From Pirellulales bacterium (GTDB taxonomy: Bacteria > Planctomycetota > Planctomycetia > Pirellulales > JAICIG01), in assembly GCA_040901675.1 (NCBI GenBank), contig JBBDYJ010000025.1:159943-223942 (forward strand): 64,000 nt of DNA, read 5' to 3'. The stretch's first letter is position 1. Each line of letters opens with the position of its first letter. Below the pieces are notes generated by a model. It had not been told where the DNA came from. It saw only the letters and a program-made list of their open reading frames with translations, and did no database searches. Both the position numbers and the translations under genes were made by a program. This document shows positions 26,257 to 34,716 of the stretch, piece by piece.

Positions 26257-27219
26257 TTACGACCAGACGCGATGCTTAATCGGCTTCCAGTCACCGAAGG
26301 TCGGCATCACTTCCGCGATCGAATACGTCCGTTTCTCCACTTCGCCAACAATCCGCGCACAGAATCGTCGCCGCAGGACGGCACCGCGATACTCAAACTG
26401 GAAGGAACCATCCACGAGGTGAAGCACTATCCTAGGATCCGTGGGATCGGATGGCAGCCCGAACGACATGTCGTGATCCTTCAACACCTTGAGCGACGAA
26501 ACGAAGCCAATCTCCACCTTGCGAGTCGGTGGAATGCGGTCAATCTGCAGCCGGTAGTCCAGAGCGGGCAAGGGCGGCCGACCTCGAGTCACGCAACCGC
26601 CTCCTTTGATGTAAACCTGCATCGCCACTCGAATCGGTTCCCATCCAACGTTCACGCCAGCCGGCTTGTCGACGCCAAACGAGTGAACGACCGGCTCCGG
26701 CAACTGCACTTCAGCGTCAAGATCCTTGATCTCGATGCCTGAAGGATTTTCGATGCAGAAGCGATGCTCTCGAAGGTCAGCTATTTGCTCCGCGGTCACC
26801 GATCCGGGTGAATTGCCAATCGTCAGTCCGTTCAGCGTAGCAAACGCAATCCGCGGCAACTCGGGAATGATCCCGCCGTTCCTGATCCACCTTTCATGAG
26901 CCGCCCGCCATTGAAGAAGAAGGCCACGCGGAAACGCAGCCTCGTCCTTATCGATGATGTCGCTGCATTTCGAGCAAAGCCAAATCGCGTTCTGAATACC
27001 TCGACGGTGTTGTGTGCTCTGTTTCACGTCGTACCTGGGACCGCCAGCCGCGGCAGCCGTGATGTGGCACGCCTTCGCAGTCTTGAGCGACTTCGAGGGA
27101 TCTGAATGCGGCCCAACAGTCGGCTCGCGACATTCCGGATTCGTGCAGATGTACGCAGCACGCTCGGCAACAACCCGTTTAACGCTTTCAGGAAACTCAT
27201 CTCGCGCGTTGGCTGACAT
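26257..27219 (-). CDS. HNH endonuclease domain fused to an uncharacterised ~200-aa C-terminal domain
   Basis: Motifs RDEFPESVKR..AERAAYICTNPEC, ACHITAAAAGGPRYD and NAIWLCSKCSDIID. Confidence 0.85.
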   Translation of the reverse strand: MSANARDEFPESVKRVVAERAAYICTNPECREPTVGPHSDPSKSLKTAKACHITAAAAGGPRYDVKQSTQHRRGIQNAIWLCSKCSDIIDKDEAAFPRGLLLQWRAAHERWIRNGGIIPELPRIAFATLNGLTIGNSPGSVTAEQIADLREHRFCIENPSGIEIKDLDAEVQLPEPVVHSFGVDKPAGVNVGWEPIRVAMQVYIKGGGCVTRGRPPLPALDYRLQIDRIPPTRKVEIGFVSSLKVLKDHDMSFGLPSDPTDPRIVLHLVDGSFQFEYRGAVLRRRFCARIVGEVEKRTYSIAEVMPTFGDWKPIKHRVWS

Positions 27220-27388
27220 GGCTAGACGACCCTCAAGATGACACCACAGCATAACGCGCCGACCAGGACATCCCGTGCCCGGTACAATCCTTCTTCCAGG
27301 AGGTTTGTTTCCGACCGCTGTGGCATTTGATAGACTTACACGGTTCTATTATCAGGCTCCCGGATAGGCTTGGCGTCAAGGCACCAGG

Positions 27389-27601
27389 CTGAGTAACTGC
27401 GTCAAGGTCACCGAAGCAGCAACGATTTTGGGCGCATCGCAGGGCACCGCGCGCGTGGCAGACACCGGCAAAATACCGATGCACCGAAAACCCGCCAATG
27501 GCTACCGGCTGTTTCGGCGAGCTGAGGCTCGAAGGCTTCCCGCAAAAGGTTGGCAACCCCGTAACGCCGAGACGTCGCCGAGAGGAAATGCCCCCAAATA
27601 A
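27389..27601 (+). pseudogene. Degenerate MerR/excisionase-like HTH gene
   Basis: Manual translation LSNCVKVTEAATILGASQGTARVADTGKIPMHRKPANGYRLFRRAE. No start codon; probable frameshift near 27527. Confidence 0.7.
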
Positions 27602-27801
27602 CGCGCATCTTCGACAACATCGACCAGTCGCTCCTCCCCGCGTTGCGGGAGATGCTGATGCTCGCTGACCGGGCGGACTTCTGTGTTGGGTACGTCATCC
27701 GCGACGTGATGCGACGCCTCCTGGCCGCGTTCGACATTGCGCCTGATCAACTGCAACTGTTCTTGCGCCAGGACCGTGACGCAGCAAGGGAAGTCGCGTG
27801 A
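27598..27801 (+). pseudogene. Fusion scar: N-terminus of a PLD-SNF2 helicase (NgoFVII-like) joined to the tail of another gene
   Basis: Translates as RIFDNIDQSLLPALREMLMLADRADFCVGY then VIRDVMRRLLAAFDIAPDQLQLFLRQDRDA. No in-frame start; the stop overlaps the next gene (GTGA). Confidence 0.65.
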
Positions 27802-29480
27802 CCGCCGGGGAACTCCAACAGCTTGTGCAGGCGGTTCAGCGTCGCCGCAGCGAGCTTGAAAACATCGAGGTAAAGTCGGCCCGGGGCGGCACGCCGAAGC
27901 GGCTGTACGAACCGCTGTCTGCCTTTGCGAATCGCACCGGTGGCGGCGTCATCTTGCTAGGCATGGAAGAGTCTGGCGATTTCGCCGTCCGCGGCGTCGG
28001 CGACGCTCATCGGTTGCAGGAAGAGATTACCCACCTTGCGAATTCCGAAATGGACCCTACCCTGCGCCCTCGCTTCACGCTCGACGACCTTGCGGGCGGC
28101 ACGGTTGTGGCGGTGGAGATCGATGAGATTCCGGCGGCGCAAAAGCCCTGCTTCTACAAGCCGGCGGGGCTTCCCAAGGGTGCTTATCTGCGGGTGGGCA
28201 ATACCAATCGGCAGATGACCGAATATGAGGTGTTCGGGTTCCTCAGCAACCGCGGCCAGCCCAACCATGATGAGCAACCGGTGCAGGGGGCGACTCTGCC
28301 CGATTTGGACGCGGCGCTCGTCGAGGCTTACTTGGACGCCCTGCGGCGGACCCGACCGAAGGCCGGGTATCTCGACGGTCCACGCGACGAGGTGCTCGTC
28401 CGATTGCACGTCGTGGCGCGGGATGGTGCCATCCTGTGCCCAACGTTGGCCGGTCTGCTGGCCTTCGGCAAGTACCCGCAGGAGTTCTTTCCGCAGTTGA
28501 TCATCACCTTCGTGCAGTACTTCGGGACGGCGGAGGAGGAGAAAGCGCCGGGGGGCGAGCGGTTCGTCGACAACGAGCGATTCGAGGGACCGATCGGAGA
28601 AATGATTAACCGGGCACGGGCCCATATTCTGGGCGCGATGCGCAAGTCGTCCTTGATCGAGGGTGTCCTGCGGCGCGACATTCCCGAGTACCCCGAGGAA
28701 GCCTTGCGCGAGGCGGTTTCCAATGCCGTGGCGCACCGAGATTACAGCCCGTATGTGCGGGGCAGCTATATTCAAGTTCGCCTGTTCGCGGATCGCCTGG
28801 AGGTGCAGAGCCCCGGCGGGCTGTACGGCAACGTGACCGAGGACAACCTGGAGGAAGAGCATTCCACGCGCAACGCTCGATTGATGCGGATGATGGAGGA
28901 CCTGCACCTTGTGGAGAATCGGGGCAGCGGCATCAAGGCGATGGTGCAGGCCTTGCGCGGGGCGAACCTCGAGCCACCGGCATTTGACGACCGGCGCTCA
29001 TCCTTCTTGGTGACGTTTCGCAACCATACGTTGATGAACGCCGAGGCCATTGCCTGGCTGAACCAATTCGCCGACCGCCCTTTGAATGATCGTCAGCGGG
29101 TGGCCCTGGCGTACCTGCGGCAACATGAGCGCATGGCGAACGCCAACTACCGCCGGCTCAACCGGGTGGATGCCATCGTGGCGGGGCAGGAGTTGCGGGG
29201 GCTGGTTGACGCTGCGCTCGCCGACCAGGAGGGAGTTGGACGGTGGACAACGTATCGATTGACGGCCCCCAAGGGGTTGCCCGAGCGCCGAGAACCGCAG
29301 ACCGACGAAGATTGCATCCTTGCTTGGGTTGGTCATCACGGCTCCATCACCAACGCGGAATGCCGCGAGCTGCTCGGCGTCAATGAGGATCGGGCGTACT
29401 ACCTGCTCAAGAAGCTTACTGACGCCAAGAAGCTACGTCCCCAGCGTGATTTCAAGGTGCGGCGTTACGTGCTGCGGTAG
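27798..29480 (+). CDS. Schlafen/AlbA_2 domain + HATPase_c_4 + winged-helix protein
   Basis: Motifs ELENIEVKSA, LSAFANRTGGGVILLG, YLRVG, YPEEALREAVSNAVAHRDY, SPGG and ENRGSGI; two C-terminal wHTH-like segments. Confidence 0.92.
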   Translation: MTAGELQQLVQAVQRRRSELENIEVKSARGGTPKRLYEPLSAFANRTGGGVILLGMEESGDFAVRGVGDAHRLQEEITHLANSEMDPTLRPRFTLDDLAGGTVVAVEIDEIPAAQKPCFYKPAGLPKGAYLRVGNTNRQMTEYEVFGFLSNRGQPNHDEQPVQGATLPDLDAALVEAYLDALRRTRPKAGYLDGPRDEVLVRLHVVARDGAILCPTLAGLLAFGKYPQEFFPQLIITFVQYFGTAEEEKAPGGERFVDNERFEGPIGEMINRARAHILGAMRKSSLIEGVLRRDIPEYPEEALREAVSNAVAHRDYSPYVRGSYIQVRLFADRLEVQSPGGLYGNVTEDNLEEEHSTRNARLMRMMEDLHLVENRGSGIKAMVQALRGANLEPPAFDDRRSSFLVTFRNHTLMNAEAIAWLNQFADRPLNDRQRVALAYLRQHERMANANYRRLNRVDAIVAGQELRGLVDAALADQEGVGRWTTYRLTAPKGLPERREPQTDEDCILAWVGHHGSITNAECRELLGVNEDRAYYLLKKLTDAKKLRPQRDFKVRRYVLR

Positions 29481-29494
29481 ATTCGGTGGCGCCG

Positions 29495-29548
29495 TACCCG
29501 GAAATACCCGGACTTTACCCGGAACTATTCCGGGTACGACCCCGGGTA
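29495..29548. repeat. Degenerate 11-12 bp tandem repeat (TACCCGGA core)
   Basis: Reads tacccggaaa tacccggactt tacccggaac tattccggg tacgaccccggg, at the right edge of the island. Confidence 0.6.
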
Positions 29549-29706
29549 ACGTCGTAAGTCTTTATCGCACAGCCCGTTGCGGTTCCATTCAGAGGGCGGA
29601 AGGGGGACGCACCCCGAATTCTCATCCGGACCTGAAATCCTCACCGGCTGCGGCCCATGTGGGAACAGACCTGCCAGCTCACGAAGTGGTAGTGGTTGTT
29701 CGGGGG

Positions 29707-29928
29707 CTAGGGCATCGGCCATCCCTTGGCAGCCCCTTCACCAGCGATCTGGAAGAGCATTTTCTCGGGAAGACCATATTTCCACGCCATAAGGGCGTAC
29801 GCTGCTGAGTCGCCTACGCCAGCGTCTTGTGCTTCGACTAGCTCGTAGAAGATTTCCCGTCTTTTCGACTCCGGCAACGGTGCCTCATCAATCACTGGAC
29901 GGTTGCTAATAGCGTTGCCGACCTGCAT
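29707..29928 (-). CDS. Small hypothetical protein
   Basis: LPESKRREIFYELVEAQD...IAGEG...WP resembles a small helical planctomycete family (recollection). Start uncertain. Confidence 0.6.
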   Translation of the reverse strand: MQVGNAISNRPVIDEAPLPESKRREIFYELVEAQDAGVGDSAAYALMAWKYGLPEKMLFQIAGEGAAKGWPMP

Positions 29929-30029
29929 GTGTTCAATTGGTCGTTGCGACTTAATGCGAGACCATTCTTGCTCCAAGGCCCGCGCCTGAAATAATCGAGC
30001 AATCCCGTCTCCCACGTGACCCGATCGCA

Positions 30030-31847
30030 ATGACTGTCCTTTACGATTTTGACGTGATTGTCGTGGGAGCGGGGCATGCCGGCACGGAGGCGGCTGTGGC
30101 GGCCGCCAGGCTGGGGGCGCGCACGGCCTTGCTCACGACGAGCCTGGACACGGTCGGCCAGATGAGCTGCAACCCGGCTGTCGGCGGCGTGGCCAAGGGG
30201 CAGATCGTTCGCGAGATCGATGCGCTGGGCGGCATCATGGGCCGCGCCATCGATGCCACCGGCATCCAGTTCCGCCTGCTCAACCGCCGCAAAGGCCCGG
30301 CCATGCACAGCCCACGGGCGCAGGCCGATAAGAAGGCGTACCAGCAGGAGATCAAACGGCTGGTCGAAGAGCAGCCCGGCCTCAGCCTGCGGCAGGAAGT
30401 GGTCGAAGACCTGTTGATCGAAGAAGCCGCCAGCGGACAACCGACACGAGTCAGCGGCGTCCGCGTGCGAGGCGATGCCGTCTACCGCGCGCCGGCCGTC
30501 GTGCTCACCACCGGCACGTTCCTCCAGGCGTTGATGCACACCGGCGAAGCCAAGACGCCGGGCGGCAGGGCAGGGGAGTCGACCACCGCCGGCATCTCCG
30601 CCGCCCTGATGCGGCTGGGCTTCGAGCTGCGAAGGTTCAAGACCGGCACGCCCCCCCGCGTCAACGGCCGCACCATCGACTACACCAAGACCGAGCTGCA
30701 GCCGGGCGACGACGAGCCGCAGCCGTTTTCGTTCCTCACCGAAAAACTGCAGGTCGAACAGTTGCCCTGCTGGATCACGCACACCAACCCGGCGGCCCAC
30801 GGGCTGATCCGCGCCAACCTGCACCGGGCACCGATGTACAGCGGGCAGATTACCTCGAGCGGCCCCCGCTATTGCCCCTCGATCGAAGACAAGGTGGTCC
30901 GCTTCGCCGAAAAAGAGCAGCACCAGTTGTTTTTGGAACCGGAAGGCCGGCAGACGCGGGAAGTTTACGTCAACGGCATCTCCACCAGCCTGCCGCGCGA
31001 CGTGCAAGACGCCCTGCTGCGGCTCGTGCCCGGCCTGGAGCGGGCCGAGATCATGCGCTACGGCTACGCGGTCGAATACGATTTCGCGCCCCCCGAGCAG
31101 TTGCGCCCCACGCTGGAAACGAAGCGGGTCGCCGGGCTCTACTTTGCCGGACAGCTCAACGGCACGACGGGGTACGAAGAGGCCGCCGCACAAGGCCTGC
31201 TGGCGGGCGCCAATGCGGCCTTGAAGCTGCGGGGCGGGCAATCGCTGGTGCTCGATCGGGACCAGGCGTACATCGGGGTGCTCGTCGACGACCTGGTGAC
31301 GCGCGGCGTCGATGAACCGTACCGCATGTTCACCAGCCGGGCCGAACACCGGCTGCTGCTGCGGCACGACAACGCCGACCGCCGGCTCACGCCGCTCGCG
31401 CATCAGCTTGGCCTGGTCGAGCCGGCGCGCTGGCAGCGCTACGAGCAAAAGGCGGCCGAGATTGCCGCCGTCCGGCAGGTGCTCGAAACGACCCGTCATG
31501 GGCAGGATCCGCTGGAGCGGCTGCTGCGCCGGCCGGAAACAACGTGGGTCGACTTGATACCCCACGCACCCCAGTTAGCCCAGGTATCCAAGGAGGTTGC
31601 CGACCAGGCGCTGTTCGACGCCCGTTACGCCGGCTACATCGCCAGGCAGGAGATCGAGGTAGCCCGCCAGCGCCGGCTGGCCGACAAGCGGATACCGGAC
31701 AACTTCAACTTCGCGGCGATCGGCCAGCTCCGCGCGGAGGCCCGCGAAAAGCTGTCGCGCGTCCAGCCGACCAGCCTTGCCCAGGCGGGGCGCATCAGCG
31801 GCATCACGCCCGCCGACCTGGCCTTGGTCATGGTGCACCTGGGCTAA
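30030..31847 (+). CDS. mnmG: tRNA uridine-5-carboxymethylaminomethyl(34) synthesis enzyme
   Basis: Motifs [48 protein letters not shown] and YRMFTSRAE. Confidence 0.98.
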   Translation: MTVLYDFDVIVVGAGHAGTEAAVAAARLGARTALLTTSLDTVGQMSCNPAVGGVAKGQIVREIDALGGIMGRAIDATGIQFRLLNRRKGPAMHSPRAQADKKAYQQEIKRLVEEQPGLSLRQEVVEDLLIEEAASGQPTRVSGVRVRGDAVYRAPAVVLTTGTFLQALMHTGEAKTPGGRAGESTTAGISAALMRLGFELRRFKTGTPPRVNGRTIDYTKTELQPGDDEPQPFSFLTEKLQVEQLPCWITHTNPAAHGLIRANLHRAPMYSGQITSSGPRYCPSIEDKVVRFAEKEQHQLFLEPEGRQTREVYVNGISTSLPRDVQDALLRLVPGLERAEIMRYGYAVEYDFAPPEQLRPTLETKRVAGLYFAGQLNGTTGYEEAAAQGLLAGANAALKLRGGQSLVLDRDQAYIGVLVDDLVTRGVDEPYRMFTSRAEHRLLLRHDNADRRLTPLAHQLGLVEPARWQRYEQKAAEIAAVRQVLETTRHGQDPLERLLRRPETTWVDLIPHAPQLAQVSKEVADQALFDARYAGYIARQEIEVARQRRLADKRIPDNFNFAAIGQLRAEAREKLSRVQPTSLAQAGRISGITPADLALVMVHLG

Positions 31848-32121
31848 GGCCGACCACTCGCGGAGCAAGTGGACCAGCAACAAGCGCCGCGAGTTGTCGT
31901 CAGGCAACCGTCATCAAAACGATTCGCCGCATCGGGCACGCGATGCCTTCAGGCACCCTCGCCGGCCCGCATAAAGCGCCCCATTCGCCATGCCGCGCGC
32001 CCGCCTCGGAGGGAAATCAGCCATTGTGGCCGCTCCACCCGCCGACCATTCTTCCTCCCGGCTGCGGCGGTGTTTTTTCTAAGTCCTTTGGGTCTCTTCG
32101 CTTAGGTGGAAAATACTCGTA

Positions 32122-32149
32122 TTGACTCGACTTCAGGGATGATTATAAT
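32122..32149 (+). promoter_or_regulatory. Sigma70-like promoter
   Basis: TTGACT-N16-TATAAT, about 280 nt upstream of the response regulator. Confidence 0.6.
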
Positions 32150-32428
32150 TCCGACGCGCGGCAAACTCGGTAAGCTTGGCAGGTGCGGATGAGCTTATCG
32201 AATGCATAAGGGCAGGGGGCTAAATGCTTTACGTATGCGTTGCAGTTTGCGGACACAGCGTGCTAAGGCTAAGTTCTGCTTTTTGGCGTCACACGGAGGA
32301 ATAGGAGCTCCCTGCAAAACTTGCCGGCCCGCGACCTACGGATGGTCGCTTCGGGGGCCTTCAGGCGCACGGAGTCCCGCTGAAACTAGCCTGACCATCG
32401 GCTAGGAAGAAGGGTGGTTTAGCGAAAC

Positions 32429-33010
32429 ATGAAAACTGTGTTCACTACAGGTGAAGCGGCCAAGATCTGCAAGGTAAGCCAGCAGACGATCATTCGCTGT
32501 TTTGATTCGGGGCAGCTCAAGGGGTTCCGCGTGCCGGGCAGCCGGTTCCGGCGAATCCCTCGCGAGCAACTGTTCCACTTCATGCGCGACAACGGCATCC
32601 CGACCGATGCCCTGGAGAGCGGCAAGCGCAAGGTCCTCATCGTCGACGACGACGAAGAGCTGGTCGAGTTGATCTCCGACGTGCTGGAACGCGACGGACG
32701 CTTCGAGGTCCGCAGCGCCAACAACGGCTTCGACGCGGGCATGATGGTCAAGGACTATCGCCCCGATCTCATCGTGCTCGACGTCATGCTGCCCGACATC
32801 AACGGCAAGGAAGTTTGCCAGCGCGTCCGCAGCGACAGCAACATGGACGAAGTCCGCATCATCTGCATCTCCGGCATGGTCGAAGAGGACAAGATCGAAG
32901 ATCTCAAGGCTTCCGGGGCCAACGATTTCATGCACAAGCCGTTTGAGGTCGAGGCCCTGGTCGAGCGGATGTGCCAGTTGCTGGACATCGAAACGGTTAC
33001 CGCGCGGTAG
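32429..33010 (+). CDS. Response regulator with N-terminal excisionase-type HTH and C-terminal receiver domain
   Basis: FTTGEAAKICKVSQQTIIRCFDSG in the HTH; LIVDDD, LDVMLP and KPF in the receiver. Confidence 0.93.
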   Translation: MKTVFTTGEAAKICKVSQQTIIRCFDSGQLKGFRVPGSRFRRIPREQLFHFMRDNGIPTDALESGKRKVLIVDDDEELVELISDVLERDGRFEVRSANNGFDAGMMVKDYRPDLIVLDVMLPDINGKEVCQRVRSDSNMDEVRIICISGMVEEDKIEDLKASGANDFMHKPFEVEALVERMCQLLDIETVTAR

Positions 33011-33052
33011 CCGTCGCAAGCGTCTCGTTCGTCCCGACCGCCTCGAAGAGCC

Positions 33053-34609
33053 ATGATCTGGTCGCCCTGTCTGTCCTTCGGCGCCGGATGCGGGTATTTG
33101 CCCTGGTCCGATTCTGCGGCCGCCGCGGTGGCTGAGTGGTTGTTGGGCCAGGCCGCCGCGGACGGCAGACAGAGTTCCGCGGATGGCACCCAGGGCTCCG
33201 CGGACGGCGCCCAGGCCGCCGCGGACGGCACCGGGACCGCCGATTATTCCTTGGAAGCTTGCATCGCGGCCGACCCGGGCCTCGCCTGGTGGATTCACTG
33301 CCAGGCCGCCAGGACATGGGAAGGGCCGCTCACGGCCGCCCGCCTGGCCGAGTGGTTTTCGAAGCGCGCCCGTGGTCTGTTGACCTGGCAAGGCGATGGT
33401 CTGCCGGCTGCTGGACTGGAGAACCTCGTCCAGCAATGTGGCCCCTTGGCCTCAACCGCCGTGCGAACCGGCCTGCTGGCGCGCCGGCTCTTGCAACCCG
33501 AAGACTCGGTCGGCGATGAAGCCTACCTGCTGGGCCTGTTGGCCGGATCGGCCGACTGGCCCATCCTCCCCGGTACGCCGGTGGCCGAACCGCCCAGCGC
33601 CATCCAGGCAGTGCCGCTATCGACGCTGGTCGCGTTGCCCTTGGGCGAGTCTCGAGCCGCCACCGCGGCAAAGCAGGCATCGAGGATCGTGGTCGGCGGC
33701 GACGGGACAGGCGCGGCGCCCGACGACGGCATGGCGGATATCGCTGAGTCGGACGCAGCGGGCGCGCGGTGGATGGAGACGGTGGCGGGCGCCGGCCGCC
33801 TGTTGCCGCGGCTGGCCGAGCGCCTGGCCCGCTTGGATGGCCTGGAACAAGATTTCCAGCGGCAACTGGAAACGGAGAAGCTGGAGGCCATGGCCGAGCT
33901 GGCCGCCGGCGCCGGCCACGAGATCAACAACCCGCTGGCGATCATTGCCGGCCGGGCGCAACTCTTCCTGCAATCGGAGCGCGACCCCGAACGGCGGCGC
34001 GAGCTGGCCGTGATCAACGCCCAGGCCATGCGCGTCTACGAGATGATCGCCGACATGATGCTGTTCGCCCGCCCTCCGCGGCCGCGTCCCGCCGACTGCA
34101 ACCTGCCGGCCCTGATCGGCTCGGTGGTAGCCGGCCTGTCGGCCAAGGCCGAGAGCCGCCAGATCGAGCTGGCCTACGACCGCGACAGTGGCAGCGAGAT
34201 CTGCGATATTGTCATCGTCGCCGACGGCGAGCAACTTACCGTTGCCCTGCGGGCACTGTGCGAAAACGCACTGGCGGCCGTGGGCCAGGGGGGCCGGGTG
34301 GCAATCGGGGCGAGGCGGCTTGCCGAACACCAGCCCGGACGTTTGGACATCTGCCAGGCCAGTGGCAACCCGGCCATGGCCGCACACGCGCGCGTGGAGA
34401 TCACCGTCGAGGACAACGGGCCCGGCTTCGCGCCGGAGGTTCGCCGGCACGCGTTCGACCCGTTCTATTCGGGGCGCGGCGCCGGGCGGGGTTTGGGCAT
34501 GGGGCTTTCCAAGTGCTGGCGAATCGTCCGCAACCATGGCGGCCGCATCGCCATCGAGAGCCAGCCGGGCCGCGGCGCCTGCCTGATCGTCGAGCTGCCG
34601 GTCTGCTAG
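33053..34609 (+). CDS. Sensor histidine kinase with degenerate HDOD-like N-terminus
   Basis: H-box AGHEINNPL, N-box ENA, DNGPG, FDPFYS and GLGMGL. A 21-bp repeat (ADGxQxx x4) lies at ~33148-33232. Confidence 0.9.
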   Translation: MIWSPCLSFGAGCGYLPWSDSAAAAVAEWLLGQAAADGRQSSADGTQGSADGAQAAADGTGTADYSLEACIAADPGLAWWIHCQAARTWEGPLTAARLAEWFSKRARGLLTWQGDGLPAAGLENLVQQCGPLASTAVRTGLLARRLLQPEDSVGDEAYLLGLLAGSADWPILPGTPVAEPPSAIQAVPLSTLVALPLGESRAATAAKQASRIVVGGDGTGAAPDDGMADIAESDAAGARWMETVAGAGRLLPRLAERLARLDGLEQDFQRQLETEKLEAMAELAAGAGHEINNPLAIIAGRAQLFLQSERDPERRRELAVINAQAMRVYEMIADMMLFARPPRPRPADCNLPALIGSVVAGLSAKAESRQIELAYDRDSGSEICDIVIVADGEQLTVALRALCENALAAVGQGGRVAIGARRLAEHQPGRLDICQASGNPAMAAHARVEITVEDNGPGFAPEVRRHAFDPFYSGRGAGRGLGMGLSKCWRIVRNHGGRIAIESQPGRGACLIVELPVC

Positions 34610-34716
34610 CTAGCACGGCGCGGGCCAATCGACCTGGACAACCGGGCGGGGTTTGAGTAACTTTCGCCCCTCTTCTCTTCTACCCAATAACTGCGTCGTG
34701 TCCGACTCGTCCGCAC

